A stretch of DNA of 64,000 nt, taken from positions 36,706,001 through 36,770,000 of the forward strand of contig CM052818.1 of the NCBI GenBank assembly GCA_028534125.1. Reading direction: 5' to 3'. Position 1 is the first letter of the stretch. Each line of letters starts with the position of its first letter. The DNA is from Lama glama. Taxonomy: Eukaryota. The translations under genes were made by a program, and so were the position numbers. This document shows positions 47,888-60,660 of the stretch, piece after piece. Under the pieces are notes generated by a model. It had not been told where the DNA came from. It was given only the letters and a program-made list of their open reading frames with translations, and searched no databases.

Positions 47888-48915
47888 TGGGAGGGTAGTC
47901 GGTTACCATGGTGAACCCCCAAGTGAACTAAAGCTCCCATATTCACTCTGTGAACATCTCTCCCACACTGATTCTGGGCATGGCCATGTGCGTTAGTTTC
48001 CTATTGCCATTGTAACAAATGACCACAAACTCAGTGGCTTAAAAAAACACAAATTTATTACTTTATGGTTTCTGGGAATCAGAAGTCTGAAATGAGTCTC
48101 ACTGGGCTAACAGCAAGGTATCAGCAGGGGCTTCTGGAGGCTCTAGGTAAGAACCCATCTCCTTACCTTTCCAGCTTTGAGAGGCTGCCTGCATTCTTTT
48201 GTTCGTGGCCACTTCCTACATCTTCAAAGCCGACCTCTGTGTTACTTCAAACTCTGCTTCTGTCCTCATACCTTTTTCTCTGACACTGACTCTCCTGTGT
48301 CCCTCTTTCATTTATAAGGACCCTTGTGATTACACTGAGATACCCATATAATCCAGGGTAACCTCTCCATCTCAAGATCCTTAACTTAATCACATCTATG
48401 AAATCCCAATTGCCATGTAACAATAACATTCAGTTTTCGGGGATTAGAATCTGGACATCTTGGCGGGAGGTGGAGGGGTGGTCATTGTGCTGCCTGCTGT
48501 ACCATGTGACTAGTTTCAGCCAATCAGATATGAGCAAGCATGATAGAAGCAGAAGCTTGAAAAGTGCTTGCACTGTGGGGCTTGTGCTCTGGGAACTTTT
48601 ACTCAAGGTACGTCCTCTCAGAACCCAACCACCATGCTGTGAAAAACCCATCCCAGCCACATGGGGAGACCACAGCTGAGGCACTGATCGACAGCCCCAG
48701 CTGAGCTCCATTCCAACAGCCAGATCCATGAGCCGTCTTGGAAACGCACCTTCCAGCCTCAGTCCAGGCACCCCAGTGGCCATCGTGAAGAGCAGAGATG
48801 AACTCACCTGGCTGAGCCCTGCTGAACTGCAGGATCCTGGGCAAATAAATGACTGCTGTTCTTTTATGCTAAATCTGGGGGTGGATTTTTGCCCAGCAAT
48901 ATATGAACTGAGACA
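47888..48915 (+). mobile_element. MaLR LTR (MLT1F/G-like) host element
   Basis: ctcccacactgattctgggcatggccatg|tgactagtttcagccaat...agcagaagcttgaaaagtgcttgca...gcaaataaatgactgctgtt...aactgagaca. Confidence 0.8.
47989..48501 (-). mobile_element. MaLR solo LTR (MLT1C/D-like) nested in another MLT1, 5-bp TSD
   Basis: ttagtttcctattgccattgtaacaaatgaccacaaactcagtggcttaaa...; TSD ccatg at 47984-47988 and 48502-48506. Confidence 0.92.
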
Positions 48916-50999
48916 GGATAAGTCAGTGAAATGCTGGAGAACGACCCAGAAGTGTTGACTTTGGGTTTATAATAATTATTCAGCAGCCGTCTTTAGGATA
49001 ATAATTGGACAACAGAGCCTGTGCTCTGTTAGGCCCTTTCTGGATCTGTGAAAACAAAACCATGTCATCCATATAAATGACAATGATTTCTTTCAAGTCT
49101 CTCTAGCAAAAGGGATGCCCCCAACTCATCCAACAGTGGGATTAAATCATTAAGGACTATGTTCAGATGAAGGAGGTTCAGAATACCAGAATTCTGCAGG
49201 AGTTTTGCAATTGCAATCTGCTGTATCAAGAAACCAACCTCAGTCTCATGGCATTAAATGAGATTCTGAGATAAACTGCTGCTCCCAGATGCGCTAGTCA
49301 GGATAATTGTTCGTGTCACCCAAGTCTGTTGTTTTAAGTAACTGATTCAATGCTGGTTTGCATAGACTTGGCCTCCTTACCACACCTTGCCCACACATCC
49401 CACTGAACTAGGGCTTTCGATCAAGCCAGCGACCCAGCTAAACCATAGCGCGGGGGATTGATTTTCAGAGTCTTGATCTTGCGATGAGCTTTACGAGGTG
49501 GAAACCAGTTACTCTCTGGACTGTGGGGATTTGTGTTTGCAATTTTTTTCCTCTTGGAAAATATGCTTAAAATCATTCATCCTCCATCCCCTTCTGGTCT
49601 GCAATGCTCCTAGCAACTGCAAGAGAATAAACAGACTCAGCTTCTTGTCAAAGAGATGGCACCAAAGTCTAAGGAGTTTTTTCTTTTTAATTTATAGCTC
49701 TGGGCGTGAACACGTTGACCTAGCAAGACATGGGCCTAAACGGTGGCCCTGACAGCAAATAGCAGAAATCATTCTCATTTTCTCCACAGCTGCAGAAGCC
49801 TGGCCGCGTCTCCAAAGCATTTTCAAGTCTACACGGAACGAACTTGACCCGAGACCCTGCGAATCGTCAAGGCCCCCTCTTCCTGCTTCCCAGCGCAGAA
49901 GGCACACCTGCGGCTTTGTCCCGCGAACAAGAGCCGCCCGGCACATCCACACCTGTGACTCATCTGCTTGTCTCCACGCGGCACTCGGTGCCGAAACCCA
50001 CAATGCGGAAGGCAGAGTGACTCTGCTCTGGAGGCGCAGGTTCCACAGGGCCGTGGGCAATCGCCAAACAACTTACACCACATAGAAGGGAGGGGAAATT
50101 GGCTCTGCAACGTGGCTTCGTAACACCAGCCGACAGGGGACTGAAAGGTAAACTCCTTGGATGAGGGAAAAATGATAGAAGCCTATCTACCTCTCTTAAA
50201 TCTCGAGGTGTTTACTGAGTCCAGACAATGTGCTCAGCAGAGGGCCAGGCACTGCGGGAATAATACCAAAGGAGTACGAGGACATCCCTGTGTGCTTGGC
50301 TCTGTCATCCGCAGTAAAGCTATGGAGGTGGAAGTATCAACAAGGGAAACAGCCATCCAAACGGCCATATACTTCACTTTAAGAAGAGCTGGAGGTTTGA
50401 AACACTTGGGGCAGATCAGAATTAGCAGGAGTGCCAGGGTTCCAAAAGCTGTTCAACTGAGAATGATAGCAAAGAAGGGAAGAAAGAATGGGGAGGAAAC
50501 AATAGCCTTTTTTTTTCTTTTTAAGAGAAAATCCAGAAGTAGCTAGATGTAACAGCCTGGAGCTGTCCTGTGCTGGGGCAAGGAAGGGGTCCCAAACACC
50601 TCGACTGGCCTCGAGGCCCATGAGAACGAGCAGTTACGACTACTCATAGCAACAGTCACATCAGACTGTGGTTACATTATGTTCTACTTCCTCTGCTTAA
50701 AAAAGGCAGAGGGCGATGCTCAGCGGTCACTGTTTAGGAAGCCTTCTTCCAAAAGGAGCTAATTTAAGTTTGGGCGCTTAACTGAAGAAACTTAGTGGAG
50801 TAGAAAATTGATTTACGTGCAGCAGCAGCTCATTTCCCAAACTTGGGAGTTGAGGTTGACTTGTTTCCTGCGTCACCCACACTGATGCCCCAGGCCTGCA
50901 GATTCCACGCCGAGGCCATCAGCACTGTCCTGTTCAGGACTGTCACAGCCACCTGGATGCTCTGGCTCCTAACAGCCGGAAACTCTTCTCCGATCCAGC

Positions 51000-51330
51000 C
51001 TAGCTTCTGCCTCCACTCGGCAGACCCACCTTCCTAATGTGATGCCATCACTCACATGCACAGAAGGAGACAGACCTCGGGATGGCCTTCAGGAGCATTC
51101 AGAACCTGACCCAGTCCCCAGTGTCATCTCCCAGCGTGCCACTATGTGCCTTCGATGCTCACCATGCATTTTCATGCCTCTCTGCCTTTGGTCCTGCGGA
51201 TCCTGCAACCCCAAACACACACCTCACTGCTTCCCCGACGCCCTGTTCCACAGGCCACACTCAAAGGCTGCCCCTTTTAGGGTGTCTCCTCCCGTGAATT
51301 AATATCCTCCTCAATCCTTCCTCACACCCA
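51000..51330 (+). mobile_element. Degraded L2
   Basis: atggccttcaggagcattcagaacctgaccc...ttttcatgcctctctgcctttg. Confidence 0.5.
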
Positions 51331-52669
51331 GTTTCTGCCTCATGCTAGCCCCCAGGACCCCACGCCACAGGATGGCGTTTTCCATCAGCTCTGTGAAGTC
51401 TTATTTATGGCAATACCATCAGTGTCCTCAGCCAGCCCCAGCCCAGCCCTGCTCCCTGCTTCCCAGATCCTCCCTCAGGCAGGTGGGAAGACAGCCCATA
51501 ACCACGGACAAGTCACTCCCCCCGCCCACCCCAGGCCTTGACAGGCACAGGCTGCCCAGACCACACGATGGCAGGATGCTTGTGTTCCGCACACAGCTGG
51601 ACCCCTAGCCCATGGGCCCCCAGGAAGATGAGGATTTAATCATGGTAATGGCTCAGTGCAGCCAGTCTCGCCCCATTACAGACCGCCATTTACAGCATGT
51701 CAAAACCCAGCCCCCTGCAAAGCCACTTCATCTGCCCCACATATTTGTCCCTTTGTGAAAATGCATATAAAACCCCAGTAACTGGTTCACCAGAAATAGC
51801 CCGGGGCAAGGAATCTTAAGCTCTCCATTTCTTTCTTTCTTCTTTCCTTTCTAAAAGGCCTGAGCATGAAATCAGGAGAAATTCAGTCCACTCTGGAACT
51901 GTAATTTATTGACTGCCTAAAGTTTTAATTAGGATTGCATTCTTGACTAGTGCCTCCACCCGATGGGGGGCGTGGGCAAGGCCTTTCTCTCCCACAGAGA
52001 AAACAAAACCACGGATCAGTGCTTTGTCAAAGCACAGGGTTCCTGGCTTTGGACCATGCCCCACGGGCCTGGCTCTTTTAAAAGACCACACACTCGCACA
52101 CCCCACTACACACATACACACCCTCAAAGAGGGAGAAAACTTACTGCATTTTAAAGGTTCCATTATTCATCTTTTAAAAAGATATCATGGCTACTCTGTA
52201 AAATCTGGTTGGGGATCTGTTCGCCTATGTGATGTGTCTCCTACCAGTGTCTTCATCCCAGCTACCGCAGGGGATGCGGTTTAGTCCCAGTCCCAGATCC
52301 CACAGGTGCCAGGGCACCTGAACAGCACAGCAAGGCGACATGTGAGCCTGTGGCCCCCACGTAACCCCCGACTCCTTCCTGGGGAGAATCGTGCAGCCAA
52401 GCCTTAGAATGACAGGATCTGGGCAACGGCCTCATCGGTCTCTAGCAACCATAATTCAGGTGCCCTGGTGACTCTGTAAGATATTTCAGTACACGCCTTG
52501 TAGCTTTTGTTGCCACAGCTAACCCTTCTACTGGTGGAGACTCAGGCCTGGTGTAGACGTCCATCCTGCTGGTGGACTCGAGGATGCTCTACAACCCTGC
52601 CCAGCAAACTGGCCTTCTCAGGGCGCCCACTCTGGAAATCAGCGAGAAGGCAGCACCAGGCTCCTCGTG

Positions 52670-53298
52670 GATGAATCCAGACATCTCCTCTGATTCCTCT
52701 CTCTCCCTGTTCCTCCTCCCCAGCCTCATCACCATGTCCTGTAGGTTCCAACTCCAAAATAAATCTTGTCCTTTGCTGTCTCTTCATCCCCCTGCCCCTG
52801 CCACACCACGCTGTTCCCAGAAGGAAATCTACATACTGACCACGGCCTCTGGGTCCCAAGTCACGGCTGGGTCCCGTGACTTCTCCAGCCTTTTCTTTGG
52901 CCAGTGGTCCCCTGCTCCCTCTGCTCTGCCTCCTCCTTCCTCCGCCACACTAGCCCCTTCTGCCTCAGTCTCTGTTCATCATGCTCAGCCCTTCTCTTGC
53001 AGGTTTTGGGTCATACGCCTCCTCGGAGAAGCCCCCTCCGACCTCCCACATTCACACCAGCCCCCCTACCTTCTCCCTCAATCACTCCATCACATCACAC
53101 AGTTGATTTCACGTAGCACTTCTCACAATCTGCAGTGATTTTTAAAATTTACTTGTTTCTTGTTTATGAACCATGCCCCCTTTCTAGAAGTGCTAGGATA
53201 GGGGATCTTGTTGTCTGGTGCACTGTTGCAGCCCTAGTATGTGATACAAGGGCTGGCACATAGTGGGAGCTTGGTAAATGGCTGCTTGAATGAATAAA
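52670..53298 (+). mobile_element. L2 3' region
   Basis: tgattcctctctctccct...catcaccatgtcctgtaggttccaactccaaaata...ggctggcacatagtgggagcttggtaaatggctgcttgaatgaataaa. Confidence 0.8.
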
Positions 53299-53439
53299 CT
53301 ACACCATTTAAACATACCCAGTGAACTAACTGGAGGTAACTGGCCAGTACACAACGATGTGTGTATTGTTCAGAGGGCAAAGTTTGAAAATAATTTAAAC
53401 AGCCAACACAAGAGGACTGTGTCAATCAATGCTTCAGTG

Positions 53440-53810
53440 TTATTAATTATTGAACGCTATTTTAACAAGGATGAATCAGATCTTCAAGCACTGACATGCA
53501 AAGGTACCCAAGATTCTCTAAGTGAAGAAAGCATGTTACAACATACATAAGCATGAATTTATTTATGGTTTAAAGAAAAGCCCTATAACACCCAATAGCA
53601 TGTTTATAGGTACATAAAAACCTTAAATGAAATAGAGAATAAGGAAAGAGAAAGGAAGTATGATCTGAAACTGAGAGTCATCATTTTTTTCTGGTTATCT
53701 TTGGCATGGGTGATATTATGAGGTATTTTCATTCATTTCTTTTTGGTTCATATTTTCTGATTTTTAAATAATGAATGTATATTGCTTTTGTAATAAGAAA
53801 AAAAATAAGG
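53440..53810 (+). mobile_element. Old L1ME-like 3' fragment
   Basis: gatgaatcagatcttcaagcactgacatgcaaaggt...taagtgaagaaagcatgttaca...aatgaatgtatattgcttttgtaataagaaaaa. Confidence 0.7.
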
Positions 53811-54514
53811 GCAAATTGGAAATGTAGAATCCGCCATCCATATTCATGGCAGCCACTGAGGAGTAGCTGCAGGTGGAGGGGCCGGGGGGAGCGGGGCCAG
53901 CCAAGAGGCTGTCACACAGTCCCCTGGGAGGAGAAGGCGGAGGTGGGGCTGCAGGGAATAATTATTCTTGCCCCATTTTGAGCCTGCTTCAGAGAAAATA
54001 CACTTGTTAGATAATAAAAACATAAGCCTCCAGGCATATTTCCTTCCCACAGAGAAAGACCAGCTGTGGCTTCCTTCCACATTATTCACTCCATCCTGAG
54101 CTCTGCACACAGGTCATGCTTCTAGAGGAAGGACCCATCTGCAAGCTGGGGGCCCCTGTGAACTCAGCTCCCACCCCTGGAGCGTCAGAAGAGCGGAGGG
54201 TGCCCTGGCTCCCAGGGGCCCCTTGTACACCTTTGGAATAGGATCCGGGATCCAAGCGCCTTCTCCAGTGGCTACCCATACAGGCATGAGAGGGCCCCTG
54301 GCGAGACAGTGGCTGTGGCTCCAGAGGTGGTCCCCAGGCTACACAGCAGGGCGGGGAGGAGGAGAGGCACTACACCCCGTCTGTCTCAAGTCTGTATGCT
54401 CTCAGTGTAGGGATATCTGGGAAGTCACTTTAAACAGTAAATGCATATCAGAAATAAGGTCAAAAAACAATCTCTGTTGTCATGAATTGATTCAAAACAG
54501 TTTGTAGGGACAGA

Positions 54515-54620
54515 GCTCTGTGTGAGCTGGGACAGTTCTCTTCACCTCTGGGCCTCAGTTTCATCATCTATACACTGGGAGACTGGACCAAAGGTCTTCC
54601 AAGGCCCTTGCAGGACTGAC
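54515..54620 (+). mobile_element. MIR3-like fragment
   Basis: cacctctgggcctcagtttcatcatctata...ggactgacaga. Confidence 0.6.
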
Positions 54621-55143
54621 AGACTGGGCTCTGGGCTATCAAGATCACTCTCTAGAAGAGACAGAACTCATTCCCAGGCTATAAATGAGGCCTTCAACTA
54701 CAGTAATACCCATGTAACTGGACTCAGCAAGGAAGAGATCCCAAAGGGCTGGTGCAGGTACGGTGGGCTTCCTGGTGGAGATGAAAGCTGAATTGTGCCT
54801 TGAAGAATGGGACAGATGTAGGTAACTGGAAATGGTATTGGGCAATGATGTAATGATCCAACATACTGTCACTTTAGGATCAGCTAGAGGGCCCAGAGAG
54901 CCCTTCTCAGGGAGGAATATAACTGTGGATGGTTTTTCCTGGGCTCTTAGCTGAAGACACGGTTTATGAATTCCAGAGCATCAACTAATCAATAAATTTC
55001 TTTTAAAGAACATGCATCATACCACATAGCTGCTGAAAGTGATGTTTGTGAAGCTAAACAGCAACAGAGGGGGATGCTTCAGAATGAACAGGGAAATCAG
55101 GACCTGGAAGCAGGTCTGCACAGGGAAGCAGCAGAGACCAGGA

Positions 55144-55325
55144 CAGTGGTTCTCAAAGTATGGCTCCCAGGGCAGCAGCCTCAGCGTCACGTGGGAGTTT
55201 GCTACAAATGCAGAACCTCGGGCTGGGACCTACTGAATCAGAAACCTTTGGAGATGGGCCGAGCAATCTGTGTCCTAACAGGCCTTCCAGCTGATCTTCC
55301 TACAGGTGACACTTGGGAACCACTG
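55144..55325. mobile_element. MER5A (hAT-Charlie)
   Basis: TIRs cagtggttctcaaagt / acttgggaaccactg; internal aaatgcagaacctcggg...cctactgaatcagaaac. Confidence 0.92.
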
Positions 55326-55344
55326 TGCTAATGGAAGGAGGAAA

Positions 55345-55545
55345 AGTTCTGGGGTCACAAAGCAGGGGTTTGAATCCCAGCCCTTAGCAGCTGAATATCC
55401 TCAGAAACTTGCTCAACCTGGAGACAGTCTTCTCTGCCATAGAATGGGGTCCGTTAATTCCTATCCAGGAAAAGTTGTGAAGATTCAAGTAATTAATGTG
55501 TGCAAAGTGCCTCGCACAGTGCCAAGCATGAAAAGATTTTAAGTA
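55345..55545 (+). mobile_element. MIR SINE
   Basis: gggtttgaatcccagcccc...gttgtgaagattcaagtaattaatgtgtgcaaagtgcctcgcacagtgcc. Confidence 0.7.
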
Positions 55546-56019
55546 CATATTTGAAAAGTCACCAGAAGGAAATTTGCAAAATGACAGGGGCAGCCATTGG
55601 GGCTGCATTGTTCTAGGTGACTTCTCTTCCCCTCGTCTCTAGTTTCTAAACTTTTGGTAGAGCAGCTTCGTTAGTTACGCAGCAAAAGAGAAACATTTAT
55701 ATAGCACAGTGAGAACCCACCATGGGAGCGCTGCTCTGTCCTTCAGGGCTGAATGATGGTTTACATGGGAAGGAGCACTCGGCAGTGGCCTCTCCCAGGA
55801 GGTGTGGCTGCCCAGCCCCCAACGCCAGCAACCACCGCTCCCTGCACTGCACCAAAGGGACTCACATGGAGAGGATGGACCTTGATAACAGTGAGGGATC
55901 GGGACCCAGCCGGGCACGTCTGTACGTGTGTGTGTGTGCACGCATGTATGTGTGTACATGTGTCTAGGTGCAGGCTTGTCTTGGTAAGAGGTGAATGTTC
56001 ACAATCATAACTCAAAGAG

Positions 56020-56140
56020 TTATTAGTCTTTCGTTCTAGCCGTCTCCTCATGCATACGGAGAAGCTGAGGCCCAGAGAGGAGAAGGCATATGCTCAGCCA
56101 AGGTTATACTCTGAGTTAGCAGCAGTCAAGAAGAGAGCCC
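56020..56140 (-). mobile_element. MIR fragment
   Basis: ggagaagctgaggcccagagaggagaagg...ccaaggttatactctgagttag. Confidence 0.65.
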
Positions 56141-58299
56141 AGAGCCCAGTCTTGCTCCAGCCTGGGCTGAGAGAGGAAGAGCAGAACTTTCCATGGATTG
56201 TCCAGAGAGGTACCTTAATGGGAAAGAGTGGGGCATTTGCAAAGTGAATACCAGAGAAGTATTTGGACGCCCTGCCCATCCTGTTGGGGGAGCTAATGCC
56301 CTCAGATCACTCCCTGCTTCTTGTGAAATCTTGTGAAATCTCAGGGTGTGCTGAGCTGCGATTAGACCCTGTGGTTTGGGGATGAGAACATGGCCTTTCC
56401 TCTCAGCTCAGCCATTCCTGTTTGACTCGTTTCGGCCACTTACACTGCGTATCAACCCAAGTCAGCCCGGGTAACATAAGGTGATGTGTGTGGGTGCCTG
56501 GGGCAGAATGGGTCGCCTTTCTTGGTCCCAAGATACTATAACCCAGATGCACCCTGGTGGTGCTGGCTGCACAAAGGGGTGCATGGTCATTATTTGCGCA
56601 CGTAGGTAAGAGACGAGACACAGACCCTTCATAATGTAAGGCAGGTTAAAGTGATTATGGGACACAAGGAAGGAGGGATGCGATTTGGGGAAAACTAGTA
56701 AAATCCTGTGCCCATGTCAGAACCTAAGCGCCTCAAAAATATTTCTAGGGGAATGTGGGCCTCAAACTCTCAAACCTCACAGGCAGGGGACAGAGAGACA
56801 CAGCAACATGTCCCAGAGTGACTCTGCCCCCCTCCACTTCCACCCTTGCATACTCCTAGTAGCTGCCGCACATGGCATTCCAAGGCCTCCTGCAGACGTG
56901 GCTCCAAACTCTGTTCCATCTGCGTGGCTTGTTGTGACTGAGGCCGTGCAGCAGGGGCTCTGTCATTAATCCATCAGCGGCGACAGCCTGCAACACTATC
57001 AGGGGTGACATATTTTCACACCAATCAAGAAACGAGCTTGTGAGCCTGCTGATGGCTCATCCAGGCTCCAGACAGGGACACACTCCAGCACGCTTGTTAA
57101 TGGCCTTCTCCATTAAACTGGAGCTGCCCAGGTATGAAATAGCTGCCCGGATGGGAACCTCCAGGAGCACAGGAAGACGGGCTGACAGACAGCTGATGGG
57201 ATCCTGATACTGCTTTGCTTAACCACAACATGCCTCGATAGTCCTTCAGAACAGCTTCCAGTGTTTAAAAATATGTCACAGAACTGACATCAAGGACCTC
57301 GCTCATGAACCAACGGGATTTTACATTTTTGTCTTTAAATACTTCCCAGTAGGTGAATTATCCAAATTAGTCAATAATACAACCCAAAATGACTATGGTT
57401 AGCCAATTGAGTGTGACACCAAAATGCCTGACCACATGAGCCATCTCTCCTCAAAGCCACTTTAACATGAATGTCCCCAGGCGCTGAAGGGTTGCAATTT
57501 TGCTGTGATGGTGGAGTGCCACGGCTGAAGGTTACAAACTAATAAACACGTGTGTGGGCACGCAGAACACGCCACCCTCGGCGCCTCCCACAGAACTCAA
57601 AGTTACTGTTAACACATAGAATCTTTAAAAATGTCATTGCCACCAATATCAATTTTTCATCAGGATACATCATTCAGAGCATGACTCCCCACTGCGATAG
57701 ACTTTGCTGGCAACTTGGGTTAAAGAAGTCATTCAGTAAAGAGTGATTTTTGACAGATTCATTCATTTCCTGGGATAATGCCATATTGTGACGTTCATCT
57801 CCATTTTGGTGTAAATATACAACGCTGCAAAAATATTCAGCCTTGGATGATCAACAGGACATACTGTCCTTCTTAGAAGAAGCTCTTGCACGATTACCCT
57901 GCTGCGTAATTAGCTGGCGCTTTCTGGTGGAATTTCAGGGGACCCCGAGCTCCAATTAGGTCCTCAGGAACGAGAACAGGGACATCCGAGGTGCCTCTGG
58001 TGGTCTCCAGGCCCGTGAAAAGCCAGATCAAGAGGCCTGGGATCATTAAGTAAATCACTGAAGGTCTGAAGTCCGTGTCACTCTGTGAAAGAGTGACAGG
58101 ACTTTTCTGGGGAACAGAAAAAGGCCTTAGAAAGAAATGTTCTTTCTGAACAACACATGTGGTCCTTTCAGAGGTGAAATTCCACTGCCCCTGATGCACG
58201 CCTCACCCACATGCCAAACTGCATGGTCCCCACTAGAACATGGAAGCTTCCAGAAGAGCTGTCAGCTGTAACCAGGCCCAGCTGCTCAATGAGATCTTG

Positions 58300-58740
58300 G
58301 CACAAAGAGCTGGCAACTCTGTCCTTTGCTGCCTGGTCAGCGCTCCAAGTGCTGCATTTAGTTCTTGGGCCGTGGTTTCCACGGGATGTGGACAAACTGC
58401 AGCCCATTCAGAGAAGCGTGACTGAGATGCTAAGAGGATGTGAAACATCTTGTGTGAAGAGCAGGGGACCGAGACGTTATTGCTGCCTTGGCATTTATCT
58501 GTGGCCACGGGGAAGGTCCGGTCATCATCTGTACATGTCCTGTGGCAGGCGGGCCAGGTGCACTCTGGGTGACCCCAAGGGGCAGAAGGCACAGGAGCCA
58601 GAGGGAAAGGGCTAGTCCAGCAGGGCCCTCCCCCCGCCAGGCTGCGCCTGGAGGAATGGACGGCTGCCGGACAGCGCACGTCTGCCCTCGGGGGAGACCG
58701 GCAGTGGCTGGGAAGTCACTTGGCAGGGGAGCCCTTGGGG
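58300..58740 (+). mobile_element. CR1/L3 LINE fragment (ORF2 C-terminal remnant)
   Basis: Translated PWFPRDVDKLQPIQRSVTEMLRGCE resembles the CR1 motif PHFKKDVDKLERVQRRATRMVRGLE. Confidence 0.7.
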
Positions 58741-59737
58741 AGCTTGTGAGTCAATGATTCTATAAATAATAGCACCTTGGATGGATACATCCGAAGATGG
58801 GCTGTGGCAGGTCAACCAACTGGAATAGATACAAATAAATGTTCCCGCAGGATGGGTCACAAAATACTCACAGAGCCCCGACCACAGCAGACGGTCTCTG
58901 CTGTTGCTTAACGTAATCTGCCCCAAACATAAGCCTTCTCCCCCATCGACGCCGTCTCCTGGAGCCTGTGCTCTGTGTGAGAGCCTTTCCCCAGGACCCT
59001 GAGGCCATCTCCCAGGGTGCAGCAACGATGCAATCGTCCTGTGATTAGTACCTTTTAAATGGCACATACGTGTGAACTAGACCACTCTTGAAGATTTCCT
59101 GGCATCATGGGCCACCTGTGTGCAAGCCTCCTCCCATCCCTGGGCTTCGATGTGTCCCCTCTACAGAAAGAGAACTGGCCTGGATGACCTGCACCCTGTG
59201 GTCCTTCCAGCTCTCACAAATGGTGCAAGGGATGAAATTCTCCCTTCCTGGTAGCCTCTTGCCAAGTCATGTGACAGCCAGTTCTCGGAAATGCTGTCAT
59301 CTGCACCCCATCCACCCAGTCTAATCTAAGGCAGGCCGGCAAAGCAGCTTAGCTAAGGATTAGCCTCGGGATGCACCTTCCACAACTGACGTTTGGGGAG
59401 ATGTACGCTTCATCGGCGGCCGCAGGAACAGGGTTGGGTCCTACTGAGAACCTGGGGTTTCCATCCGCGAAGGATGTACTTTTCATCGTGACTTAGTTTC
59501 AGGAAACAAGAGGTAAAGGTAACAAAGATCAGTGCCCTCATCTCTGACTAGCTTTTGGCATTTGCTGTGGGGATGGTCTCTGGCTGGTGAGAGGTGAGAA
59601 GGGTATTTGAGCCCAAGCAGAAGCAGCACGCTCCGTTCCAGGCGGGGCTGGTCCCTCTCCATCTTCACCACCATAGCTCGCCTCTCTTCCCTCCTTCCTG
59701 CTCAGGACTGTGACTTCCTGGGTTTTGTGTCTCTAGA

Positions 59738-60660
59738 TCAGCATTTCCAATCCCGGTTTTGACTAATGAACTCTGTTCACGATAATCTATAATTTCACGA
59801 ACCCCCTCATATCATTTTATCACTTTTGCATGGCTTACGGTAAAAAAAGATTTTTAGTTAAATATTTTATATGAGTACATTATTGAAAGATTATATTAAG
59901 TGAGCATTAAAAGATAATTTTTAATAACGTTCATAATATATAAGGACACATTTCAACATTTTTCCATTTAACAAGTTGCACACAACATTTCATTTCTTTT
60001 AAATTAGTTGTGCAAGGGAAGACTGATTTGTTGACAAATAAAACATGACATTTTGATTCTGAAACCAACATACATTTAAAACATAATTGAAACTTAATTA
60101 TATGCATCAGCTTTAAAAATAGATAAAACCTGTATTTTGTGACCTGATCTTTAGAATTCTCACATTTTGAGTGTAAGAAAATCAACTGCACTATTTTTGT
60201 AATGTTCACATGTTATCTAAATGATAAGACAAAGCAGGATTCAGAGAGAGATTTATAAGTTCTTCAAAATAACATATTGCTTGTAATATCCCAATCAATA
60301 AAAAGACAACCTAGCTAAACTTTCTCTGTATTTTCTGTGGACTCCAACCCTACACCTTTTTCCCCCCTCATTTGACATACTAAAGACATTTAGAAGACCT
60401 ATATAAGAACTTGAATCAGATGATCACAACTTACAAATCTGGAAGAAATGACTCAGGCAAATTTTCAGAACTATCATTCTTAGGCTCCTCATTAGCTTGT
60501 GGTAGCTTAATATAAATGTTCTTTATGTTTTCCGTCTTTGCCACTTTTTATAGCCACACTTTCACTATATGTGAAACCATATATGACAAATAATAAAAGC
60601 AGTTTAAAAGTATATAGCAGTCAAATTGATCCAAAGTCATAAACCAACCGGTGACTGAGA
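59738..60660. mobile_element. AT-rich block, possibly an old hAT-Charlie transposon
   Basis: Abrupt shift to AT-rich sequence starting at tctagat|cagcatttcc (Charlie-like target site and TIR start); weak CE...TKYR resemblance on the minus strand. Confidence 0.35.

Noticed and set aside
49768..50155. CpG-rich stretch after a strong acceptor-like ttctcattttctccacag as a coding exon
   Set aside because: No clean open frame with recognisable homology to a matching donor; it cannot be supported without transcript data.
58211..58615. 134-aa ORF with a protein-like stretch (RDVDKLQPIQR)
   Set aside because: Explained as a decayed CR1/L3 ORF2 fragment, not a host gene.
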